Assembly: GCA_045605805.1 (NCBI GenBank)
Contig: JAZUQR010000024.1
Coordinates: 1-36,786 of the forward strand
From: Alphaproteobacteria bacterium
GTDB lineage: Bacteria > Pseudomonadota > Alphaproteobacteria > CAAHEQ01 > UBA3637
DNA length: 36,786 nt
Reading direction: 5' to 3'
Made by a program: the position numbers and the translations under genes. Each line of letters opens with the position of its first letter. The first letter of the stretch is position 1. The notes below the pieces were generated by a model. The model saw only the letters and a program-made list of their open reading frames with translations, did no database searches and had not been told where the DNA came from. Shown here in pieces: positions 17,966 to 25,886 of this stretch.

Positions 17966-18220
17966 CGGAGAGTTCGTAAATCAAAACATAATGCAAATGA
18001 TCCCTGTGGTCTTTAAGATTACGCCCCCGAAAGGGCGCAACCCTTGAACATACACCACAAGCTCCCCGACCATAAGTCAAGGGTGGAGTTGAAATGGGTA
18101 TTTACTTACAAGAAGAAAACACACCATTTCGGGTAGGGTGTTCAAACTACCCCATTATGTTTGAGCTTACGAGGCTCCGATACCTTATTCAGGCACTGTG
18201 GACAAGGTTTCGCCTTATCC
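17942..18220 (-). ncRNA. Candidate structured RNA 'A' (~280 nt), family unrecognised
   Basis: Own promoter; two 5' hairpins; closing stem 18153-18180 pairs with 17965-17993; four internal arms; potential pseudoknot; G-U pairs form only on the - strand. Confidence 0.7.
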
Positions 18221-18227
18221 GTTTCTT

Positions 18228-18256
18228 ATTTTATGATATCTTATTTTGTTTGTCAA
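18228..18256 (-). promoter_or_regulatory. sigma70 promoter for RNA-A
   Basis: TTGACA-17 nt-TAAAAT. Confidence 0.8.
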
Positions 18257-18280
18257 GCAATAATTTATAAAATAACCTTC

Positions 18281-18318
18281 AAAAAAAAACGGAAGCCGTG
18301 TGACTTCCGTTTTCTTTT
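18281..18318 (-). terminator. rpsA intrinsic terminator
   Basis: AAAACGGAAGTC-ACAC-GGCTTCCG followed by T9. Confidence 0.9.
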
Positions 18319-18331
18319 AAGACAGGCAGAT

Positions 18332-20038
18332 TTATTCTGCGTCTTTTTTGGCTTTCTTGGCTTTCTTTTCCAAGGCTGCGCCCAAGATATCGCCCAAAGA
18401 GGCACCTGAGCTTGTAGAGCCATATTCTTCCAAAGCACGTTTTTCATCATCAATTTCACGAGCTTTGATAGACAAGTTCACTTTGTGGGCTTTGTTATCC
18501 ACAGAAGTGATTTTGGCATCCACTTTTTCACCAATGGCAAAACGTTCTGTTTTTTGTTCGGAACGTTCTTTGGCCAAGTCTGTGCGTTTGATATAGCCTT
18601 TCACACCATTGACATCAACTTCAATGCCGTTTTCTTCAATAGCGGAGACAACAGCGGTGACCACTGCACCCTTCTTGATGCCTTCCATAGAACCGGCTGT
18701 TGGGTCTTCTGTCAATTGTTTGATGCCCAAAGAAATGCGTTCTTTTTCAACATCAATGTCCAAGATTTTGGCTGTGACAGACATACCTTTTTTATAGTCT
18801 TTGATGGCTTCTTCGCTTGCTTTATCCCAAGACAAATCAGAGCTGTGAATCATGCCGTCCAAGTCTTGTGTTAAAGACATAAAGACACCAAATTCAATTA
18901 CATTCTTGATTTCGCCTTCAACGATATCGCCTACTTTGTGTTCAGCAGCAAACTTTTCCCAAGGATTTTCTTGTAATTGTTTGATGCCCAAAGAAATGCG
19001 GCGTTTTGTTTCATCAACTTCCAAAACAACCACTTCAACTTCTTGACCCAAAGCAACAATTTTGTTTGGATGTGTGTTTTTCTTTGTCCAGCTCATTTCT
19101 GATACATGGACCAAGCCTTCAACGCCATCGCCTAAATCAACAAAGGCACCGTAATCTGTGAGGTTGCTGATTTTTCCTGTCAATTTATCGCCCACATGGA
19201 ATTTGTCTTGAACACCAGCCCAAGGATCGGCTTCCATTTGTTTCAAGCCCAAAGAAATGCGGCCGGTTTCTTGGTTGAATTTGATAATTTGGACTTTAAT
19301 TGTTTGTCCAATTGTCAAGATTTCTTGCGGGTTGTTGATGCGCTTCCAGCTCATATCTGTGACATGCAACAAGCCGTCTAATCCACCCAAATCAATGAAT
19401 GCACCATAATCTGTGACATTTTTAACGGTACCTTCAACCACTTGACCTTCGGACATAGTTTTGATGATTTCAGATGTTTGTTCTGCTCTGGCTTCTTCCA
19501 AAACAGCACGACGAGAGACAACAATGTTGCCACGTGCTTTATCCATTTTCAAAATAGCAAATGGTTGTTCAACGCCCATCAATGGGGAAATATCACGAAT
19601 TGGACGAATGTCAATTTGGCTGCCAGGTAAGAAGGCTGTTGCGCCTTTCAAATCAACCGTAAAGCCACCTTTGACACGGCCAAAGATTGTACCGTTCACA
19701 TGTTCGCCTTTTGTCATGGCAACTTCCAAATCGCCCCATGCTTCTTCACGACGAGCTTTTTCACGAGACAAAACGGCATTGCCTTCACGATCTTCATAAC
19801 GTTCAATGAAGACTTCAACCACATCACCCACATTTACAGCTTGAACGCCAAATTCGGAAAGAGGGATGCGACCTTCGGATTTTAAGCCCACATCAACGAT
19901 AACTTCGTCATCATCAATGCGTGTCACTGTTCCAGAAACGGTTTTGCCTTGTAAAGCAGAGCCTGTTCCCATGTATTCATCTAATAATGCACCAAAATCT
20001 TCTGTCAATTCCGGTGTGTTTTGTTTTTTATTTGTCAT
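18332..20038 (-). CDS. rpsA: 30S ribosomal protein S1
   Basis: DVGLKSEG and repeated S1 domains (YGAF.DL, GL.HV..MSW, RISLG.KQ). Confidence 0.98.
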   Translation of the reverse strand: MTNKKQNTPELTEDFGALLDEYMGTGSALQGKTVSGTVTRIDDDEVIVDVGLKSEGRIPLSEFGVQAVNVGDVVEVFIERYEDREGNAVLSREKARREEAWGDLEVAMTKGEHVNGTIFGRVKGGFTVDLKGATAFLPGSQIDIRPIRDISPLMGVEQPFAILKMDKARGNIVVSRRAVLEEARAEQTSEIIKTMSEGQVVEGTVKNVTDYGAFIDLGGLDGLLHVTDMSWKRINNPQEILTIGQTIKVQIIKFNQETGRISLGLKQMEADPWAGVQDKFHVGDKLTGKISNLTDYGAFVDLGDGVEGLVHVSEMSWTKKNTHPNKIVALGQEVEVVVLEVDETKRRISLGIKQLQENPWEKFAAEHKVGDIVEGEIKNVIEFGVFMSLTQDLDGMIHSSDLSWDKASEEAIKDYKKGMSVTAKILDIDVEKERISLGIKQLTEDPTAGSMEGIKKGAVVTAVVSAIEENGIEVDVNGVKGYIKRTDLAKERSEQKTERFAIGEKVDAKITSVDNKAHKVNLSIKAREIDDEKRALEEYGSTSSGASLGDILGAALEKKAKKAKKDAE

Positions 20039-20191
20039 AAAAATACCTTAATTTTTTTGGTTGGCCAATGGTTATAAACCACGGACTTTATGTGTTCTTC
20101 AAACCAATATCGGGGACGAACACAAAACCCGACATACTTTCCCACTTTGAAAAAGCAAGACAAGTATATCAGGTTTTTGAAAAAAAAGCAA
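20039..20191 (-). promoter_or_regulatory. rpsA promoter and ~120-nt structured leader
   Basis: TTGCTT-17-TATACT at 20163-20191; leader stems GTGTTC/GAACAC and TGGTT/AACCA. Confidence 0.55.
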
Positions 20192-20203
20192 GCCTTTTTT
20201 GTT

Positions 20204-20725
20204 TTACAAAATATCAGAACCGCATAAGGCATTTAAGTCAACGGCTTTGCCGCTTAAACGCATGGTGACATCTTCAACGCTTCCGTCTTCCATTTGTTCG
20301 TTTCTTACGGTGAAGTCAATATCAGAAACGCCATTCATTTGAATCATGGTTGTCAACAGTTTTCGGCACATGCTACCCTTGATGCGCTCTCCGTTTTTAT
20401 CGGCTACTTCGGCCACAAATTCGGTGCCAGTGAACGCACGGTCTTCATCCCGTGGGGCCTTAAAGGTAATCACATAGTTTTGTGTTTTGCCACGATATTT
20501 CCTTAAAAACTCATCCATTTCATCTGCTGATTGCAATTTTGTGGAATGTAATGCAGCCAAAATTTGAATGCTGTTCAAATTGATTTGGTGGATGATGCTG
20601 TTGATTTCGTTTTTATTCATGGCCCGCTTAAAACCGATGACGCCTCCAATTGATAATAGACCGATAATAGCCAAAACAGCCAAGATTTCAATGGCTGAAC
20701 GCCCAGATTCTGTTGAATTTTTCAT
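20204..20725 (-). CDS. Prepilin-like protein (class III signal peptide)
   Basis: MKNSTESG|RSAIEILAVLAIIGLLSIGG with Gly-1, Glu+5 and a hydrophobic helix; AAGGAG RBS before ATG 20725. Confidence 0.8.
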   Translation of the reverse strand: MKNSTESGRSAIEILAVLAIIGLLSIGGVIGFKRAMNKNEINSIIHQINLNSIQILAALHSTKLQSADEMDEFLRKYRGKTQNYVITFKAPRDEDRAFTGTEFVAEVADKNGERIKGSMCRKLLTTMIQMNGVSDIDFTVRNEQMEDGSVEDVTMRLSGKAVDLNALCGSDIL

Positions 20726-20783
20726 TTTCTCCTCCTTATATAGATAGAAAAAGGATAGCGTGTTTTTTTTGAAAATGCAAGAT

Positions 20784-21314
20784 TTATTTTGTTGGTTTGC
20801 AACCGCAATAGGTTTGACGATAGAGTTGATGCATTTTGGCAAGGCGTTCTGATTTTTCCAAGCCCCCATTTTTACGCCAATTGGTTGTATCGTAGGGTAA
20901 ACCTGTTTCCTGTTCCACCTTTTTACCGGCTTGACAAACTTGATTAAAATCTTTGAATCTTGAAATGCCTAACACAGATGTCATGCGGGTAAAGCCATTT
21001 TGTTTGGCATAGTCGGCACATACTTTCAACCGCAGATAGAAGCACACATCACAGCGTTTGCCTTTTTCTGGTTCGTTCAGTAAATCTTTTGTGGCTTTAT
21101 CCCACATATCCGTTAAATAATCGCCTTCAATAAATGGAATATGGTAAAAATTGCAAATGCGTTTATTTTCTTCCAAACGGCGTTGATATTCCGATTCCGG
21201 TTTGATGTTTGGATTAAAAAACATAACGGCAAAATCTTGTTTTTTTTCGGCCAAATCAGCTATTACGCCCACAGAACAGGGTGCGCAACATGAAACCAGC
21301 AATAACTTATCCAT
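20784..21314 (-). CDS. queH: Epoxyqueuosine reductase QueH (DUF208)
   Basis: CCAPCS, NPNI.P..EY..R, E.G.RC..C...RL and YRQ.YCGC motifs. Confidence 0.92.
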   Translation of the reverse strand: MDKLLLVSCCAPCSVGVIADLAEKKQDFAVMFFNPNIKPESEYQRRLEENKRICNFYHIPFIEGDYLTDMWDKATKDLLNEPEKGKRCDVCFYLRLKVCADYAKQNGFTRMTSVLGISRFKDFNQVCQAGKKVEQETGLPYDTTNWRKNGGLEKSERLAKMHQLYRQTYCGCKPTK

Positions 21315-22008
21315 CTTTTCTCCTTTGAATATCACGATAAAGTTGGGGGCGGGATGAGGGTAATTCCCCCAAGTGGGTGCTTAAAAAATGGCCGGTTAAA
21401 GTAAGACCATCTGTTAAATCCTCGTTTGAATAGGGGGCTGATTCCTGCCATAAAAAACGGGGCAATTTTAACAGTTTGTTGTGATAGGGTAAGCCTTTTT
21501 CTTTGCTGACAGCTCGGCCTGTTTTTGGGGAAATATAGGCCAAGTCAAGGCTGTTGCCACCCCCAGCACATTCTGTCATATCCAGTGCAAAGCCAAGGGC
21601 ACTTAAAAGTTCTGTTTCAAATCGGATGTAATTTTTCAAAAAATGATTGTTTGCCAAATTGTTCAAAAAAAACAATGTTTGCTCGTGTAAAAAATCGTAA
21701 ATCTGGCGTTCGGGTAAAGATTTGTCTAAGATGGCACACAGGTTCACCAGCACATTTAATCGGCCGATATCATCCAAAAATAAGGGGGCATAGGCTTTGA
21801 TTTCCTCTATATAAAAAGTGCCAAGCTGTTCGGGAAGTCGTGCTTTCCATGTGGCTTGAACAAGTGTGCCGATTTCGGGTGGCGTTTTCTTTTTTAAGAC
21901 ACCCAAATGTCGGCCATATTCTTTGGTAAATAGACTGATGATAAAGGTGTTTTCGCCCAATGTTTTTTTTCCTAATACCAAGGCATTGTGTGTGGTGAAC
22001 TCAGGCAT
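21307..22008 (-). CDS. recO: DNA repair protein RecO
   Basis: ARLPEQLG, GFALD and ISPKTGRAVS motifs; follows era. Confidence 0.92.
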   Translation of the reverse strand: MPEFTTHNALVLGKKTLGENTFIISLFTKEYGRHLGVLKKKTPPEIGTLVQATWKARLPEQLGTFYIEEIKAYAPLFLDDIGRLNVLVNLCAILDKSLPERQIYDFLHEQTLFFLNNLANNHFLKNYIRFETELLSALGFALDMTECAGGGNSLDLAYISPKTGRAVSKEKGLPYHNKLLKLPRFLWQESAPYSNEDLTDGLTLTGHFLSTHLGELPSSRPQLYRDIQRRKDG

Positions 22009-22894
22009 TAAAATCTAATCCCCACGGTTTGTATTGGTTTGGATCGTTCGCCCAATTTTCTCGCACCTTAACAAACAAGAATAGGTTCACTTTTTTATTC
22101 AGTTGTTTTGAGATTTCTAACCGAGATTGTTGGCCGATTTTTTTTATCATTTGTCCGCTACGGCCCAAAATTATCATACGATGAGCAGGGCGTTCTACAA
22201 TGATGTTTTGTTCAATGCGAATGCTTTTTTCTGTTTCTTTGAACAGGGTTGTTTCTACGGTCAGATGATAGGGCAGTTCGTTTTGCAGATTCATAAACAG
22301 TTTTTCCCGAGTGACTTCGGCTGCAAACAGCCTGTCGGGCATATCTGTCATTTCATCTTCGGAAAATAACCACGGTGCTTTGGGGGTTTGCTTTGTTAGG
22401 TAATCCAATAAGTCGGGTACGCCTTTTCCTGTTTTGGCAGAAATATAAAAAATGGCACTCCATAAAGGCATTTTTCCCAATTCTTCGGCTAAAACGGCCA
22501 TTTTTTCGGGGGTGGTTTGGTCAATTTTATTGACAGCCAGAACGGCTTTTTGTTTTGATTTTGTTAGGTTGTTGATAATCAAGGTGGTGTTAGCATCAAT
22601 GCCTTTTTTCGCATCAATTAAAACCAGACGCATATCTGCTTCATCCGATTGTGTCCACGCACCGGCCACCATAGCCCGATCCAACCGGCGAGAGGGTTTG
22701 AATATGCCGGCTGTATCCACCAAAATCAACTGTGTATTTTCTTTCACATAGATGCCACGCACTTTGCCCCGTGTGGTTTGTACTTTGGGTGAAACGATAG
22801 AGATTTTGCTGCCAATAATGTAATTGAGTAAGGTGGATTTTCCTGCGTTTGGTGCGCCCAAAATGGCCACAAATGCACATTTTTGATTAGTCAT
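22001..22894 (-). CDS. era: GTPase Era
   Basis: GAPNAGKS, DTAG, NKID and KH domain; start moved to MTNQK. Confidence 0.96.
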   Translation of the reverse strand: MTNQKCAFVAILGAPNAGKSTLLNYIIGSKISIVSPKVQTTRGKVRGIYVKENTQLILVDTAGIFKPSRRLDRAMVAGAWTQSDEADMRLVLIDAKKGIDANTTLIINNLTKSKQKAVLAVNKIDQTTPEKMAVLAEELGKMPLWSAIFYISAKTGKGVPDLLDYLTKQTPKAPWLFSEDEMTDMPDRLFAAEVTREKLFMNLQNELPYHLTVETTLFKETEKSIRIEQNIIVERPAHRMIILGRSGQMIKKIGQQSRLEISKQLNKKVNLFLFVKVRENWANDPNQYKPWGLDFNA

Positions 22895-23507
22895 GATATT
22901 GCTCCAATAAGTTTTGGGCCGCCTCTTTTTCTGCTTCCTTTTTGTTGTGTCCAACGCCAAAGGCAGTTAAATCGGCCACTTTGATTTGTACCTTAAATAC
23001 AGGATTATGTTCGGTTCCCATTTGATCCAGCGTTGTATAAACTGGCAGACATTTGAATGTTTTTTGCGCCCATTCTTGACAGGCGGATTTGGGATCTTGC
23101 GGGGCTTGGATATTAGATTCCATCAATGGTGTCCAGACTGGCAGAACAAGATCTTTCACGGCTTGTAATCCTTGGTCTAAATATAAGGCCCCCAATATGG
23201 CTTCGCACACATCAGACAAAACCGAGTTGTTTTCACGCAATTCGTTATCTGTGGTTTTAACCATTTTGTTTAGGTGCCACAGGTGGGCTACATCAGCCAA
23301 GGTTTCTTCCCGAGTAAGTGCCACAAAGCGTTTTGCCAATGATCCTTCTTTTTCTTGGGGATAAGCCTTATAAAGCATTTCGGCAACGATAAGCCCCAAG
23401 ACTCTGTCGCCCAAAAATTCTAAACGCTCATAAGCGGCTGCTTTTGTGCCACAGGCCAATTTTATGGCTTGATCAAAAAGCTGAGGGTTTTTGAACAGTG
23501 TACGCAT
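22887..23507 (-). CDS. rnc: Ribonuclease III
   Basis: ERLEFLGD signature, D.CEAILGA.YLD, C-terminal dsRBD; TGATG coupling to lepB. Confidence 0.95.
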   Translation of the reverse strand: MRTLFKNPQLFDQAIKLACGTKAAAYERLEFLGDRVLGLIVAEMLYKAYPQEKEGSLAKRFVALTREETLADVAHLWHLNKMVKTTDNELRENNSVLSDVCEAILGALYLDQGLQAVKDLVLPVWTPLMESNIQAPQDPKSACQEWAQKTFKCLPVYTTLDQMGTEHNPVFKVQIKVADLTAFGVGHNKKEAEKEAAQNLLEQYHD

Positions 23508-24277
23508 CAGTGTATCTCCGTAAAAATGCGTTCCAGACGCAAAAATTGTGTCCAACGCCAAAATTGAAAAAACCATCCATTCCCGTTGGTGGAATAAAAA
23601 ATCAAACGGGCTTTACCTTCTAACAATTCTTCATCAACTAACCCAAAAATACGAGAGTCTTGCGAATTGTCACGATTATCTCCCATCACAAAATAGTGAC
23701 CTTCGGGAATTGTCACTGGTTCGGTATCGTCCAATTGCATCGTATCAGCCAATTCATAAATATCATGTGCCACACCATTTGGTAAAGTTTCTTTATAGCG
23801 AATATATGTTTGCCATCCGCTTTCGGTTAGCCAATCTTCTATGGCAATTTGTTCACGGGGAACCATTTGCCCATTCAAAATCAGACGGCCGCCTTGCATT
23901 TGAACAATATCCCCCGGCATGCCGATGACTCGTTTGATATAGTCTGTTTTTCTGTCAGTTGGCAACTTAAAGACAATCACATCTCCTTGTTGGGGTGGGT
24001 TATTAAACAGCCGACCTTTTGGAATCAGTGGTATTGAAAAAGGAAAGGAATGTTTTGAATAACCATAATCGTATTTGCTGATAAACAGATAATCGCCAAC
24101 CAACAAGGTGGGAACCATAGAGCTTGATGGGATATTATAAGGTTCAAAGGCACAAGAACGAATGGTAAGGGCAAGGAGTGCCAACCAAAAAAGTTGAATC
24201 CATTCTTTGCGTTGCTTCTTTTTTGCTTCTTGCTCTTTTTTATCAAGTTGTTCTATATCCGAAAATTGTGAGTCCAT
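23507..24277 (-). CDS. lepB: Signal peptidase I
   Basis: IPSSSM.PTL, YIKR and GDNRDNSQDSR motifs. Confidence 0.96.
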   Translation of the reverse strand: MDSQFSDIEQLDKKEQEAKKKQRKEWIQLFWLALLALTIRSCAFEPYNIPSSSMVPTLLVGDYLFISKYDYGYSKHSFPFSIPLIPKGRLFNNPPQQGDVIVFKLPTDRKTDYIKRVIGMPGDIVQMQGGRLILNGQMVPREQIAIEDWLTESGWQTYIRYKETLPNGVAHDIYELADTMQLDDTEPVTIPEGHYFVMGDNRDNSQDSRIFGLVDEELLEGKARLIFYSTNGNGWFFQFWRWTQFLRLERIFTEIH

Positions 24278-24441
24278 AGTTTTATCCTTTCACTTTGAAA
24301 AAGAGTGTATCATAAATAAAGAAAAATGTCCATAAAAACAAAAAAAACTTCAAAAAAACAAAAAAATGTGAAATTAAATTAAAAAAAAATATAATAAAAT
24401 CAAAAAGATATAAAATAGTTCAAAAAAAATCAATCAAACGC

Positions 24442-24470
24442 TTGATTTATTTGTGTTTATGTGATACTAT
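24442..24470 (+). promoter_or_regulatory. Promoter of the fadL-like gene, downstream of a long A-tract region
   Basis: TTGATT-17 nt-TACTAT. Confidence 0.55.
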
Positions 24471-24503
24471 CTTATGCGTTGAATAACAAAAAAAGGAGAA
24501 AAT

Positions 24504-25727
24504 ATGAAAAAATTATTGTTATTAGGAACTGCCGTTTTAATGGGAACAACTGTTCAAGCCGGTGGTTTTCAACTTTCCGAATATTCCACAACATCCATTG
24601 GCCGTGCGTTCGCAGGCGCAGGGGTTGTTGGTGATGATTTTTCTGCTATTGCTTTTAACCCTGCCGGTATGGCCTTGAATAAAAGCGGATTTCAAGTTGG
24701 GGCTAGCTTGGTTTCTATGATTGGCAACGTCAAAGGTTCTGTTGATAATGGAACTGTTGGTAAAAAAGGTAAAGTTCGGGCTCATAATGTTGTGCCGTAT
24801 GCCTTTGGTCAATATGCTTTGAATAAAAAAATGCGTGTGGGTGTGGGTGTGTATGTGCCATACGCTTTTTCTTTGGAATATAATGACGGATGGTTTGGTC
24901 GTGGTCATGGCAAAAAATCCGAAATTAAAACCATTACCTATGCGTTGGCGTTCAGCTATAACATTGCGCCTTGTTTGACAATTGGTGCCGGTGTGCAAGC
25001 TCAAACATTGGATGCCCGTTTAACCAATGATGTGGATGCATATACACCTTATAATTTAGGATATAATTCTGATATGAAAGGGGATGGTTTCAATGTGACC
25101 GGTAATATCGGTATCATGTATCAACCTCGCAAAAACACTCGTTTTGGTGTGTCCTATCAAATGAAATCAAATCATAACTTGAAGGGCGATCATCATTTGT
25201 ATGTGGGGACAGATTTGTATGGTGATATTCATGCCAAATTGGTGTTGCCTGAATACCTGTTGATTTCGGGATATCATAAAATGGATAAATGGGGCTTTTC
25301 GGCTTCGGCAAAGTGGACAAGATGGAGCCAATTTGACACATTGGACATTTACTCCAATTATACAGGAACAGATATGCCTGTGGGGGCTGTGCATGAAAAT
25401 TGGAAAAACACATGGACTTTGTCGGCCGGTGTGGATTATGATTGGTCCGAAAAAACAACCCTGCGTGCCGGTTTAGCTTATGACCAAACTGGTATCAAAG
25501 GGGCAGAGTTCAGAACCGCTCGGTTGCCCGATTCTGATCGTTGGATTGCCAGTGTCGGGGCAAGTTATCAGATGACAAAAAATATGTCGCTTGATATGGC
25601 CTATGCACATATGTTTATGAAAAAAGGAAACAGTGCTCATAAACAACCGAATGGCGGCAGCAGACTTGATGCAAAATATGATTCTCAAATCAATATTTTC
25701 AGTGTGGGCTTTCAATATAAGTTTTAA
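24504..25727 (+). CDS. fadL: FadL/OmpP1-family outer-membrane long-chain fatty acid transporter
   Basis: Signal peptide, GFQL.E.S...GRAFAG, NPAG, PDSDR and C-terminal Y.F. Confidence 0.9.
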   Translation: MKKLLLLGTAVLMGTTVQAGGFQLSEYSTTSIGRAFAGAGVVGDDFSAIAFNPAGMALNKSGFQVGASLVSMIGNVKGSVDNGTVGKKGKVRAHNVVPYAFGQYALNKKMRVGVGVYVPYAFSLEYNDGWFGRGHGKKSEIKTITYALAFSYNIAPCLTIGAGVQAQTLDARLTNDVDAYTPYNLGYNSDMKGDGFNVTGNIGIMYQPRKNTRFGVSYQMKSNHNLKGDHHLYVGTDLYGDIHAKLVLPEYLLISGYHKMDKWGFSASAKWTRWSQFDTLDIYSNYTGTDMPVGAVHENWKNTWTLSAGVDYDWSEKTTLRAGLAYDQTGIKGAEFRTARLPDSDRWIASVGASYQMTKNMSLDMAYAHMFMKKGNSAHKQPNGGSRLDAKYDSQINIFSVGFQYKF

Positions 25728-25738
25728 GGCCTAAATAT

Positions 25739-25773
25739 ACCGCATCTGTTGAATGGACAGGTGCGGTTTTTTT
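25739..25773 (+). terminator. Intrinsic terminator
   Basis: ACCGCATCTGTT-GAATG-GACAGGTGCGGT followed by a T-run. Confidence 0.85.
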
Positions 25774-25886
25774 AATTAAAATCAATGAAATATAAAATAA
25801 TATGAAAGTTTTGTGACATTTTTGTTGCAAAATTGTGATAAATTGTTTATAGTTATTTTGGGATGAACGAAAACAAAGGAGAAAAT

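Larger units (their letters stand above)
17902..18298. repeat. 17-bp direct repeat AAAAAAAACGGAAGCCG at 17902-17918 and 18282-18298
   Basis: Exact copies 380 bp apart; the second is one arm of the rpsA terminator. Confidence 0.8.

Noticed and set aside
17640-18220. Identification as tmRNA, RNase P RNA, SRP RNA, 6S RNA or a c-di-GMP riboswitch
   Set aside because: No tRNA-like T-arm/CCA end, no GAGGAAAGTCC, no SRP GGAA-loop motif, multibranched rather than rod-like; GGGCAAAC is present but the rest of the c-di-GMP-I consensus is not. An Rfam search is still needed.
17640-18300. Retron, group II intron or IS-associated guide RNA
   Set aside because: No reverse transcriptase, TnpB/IscB or IS110 recombinase is adjacent; action in trans cannot be excluded but has no support here.
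18720-19262. Repeated GCCCAAAGAAATGCG in rpsA
   Set aside because: Encodes the RISLG motif of tandem S1 domains; expected.
24300-24440. AT-rich tract as a replication origin
   Set aside because: No DnaA-box cluster recognised; it lies between divergent genes and is adequately explained as promoter DNA.
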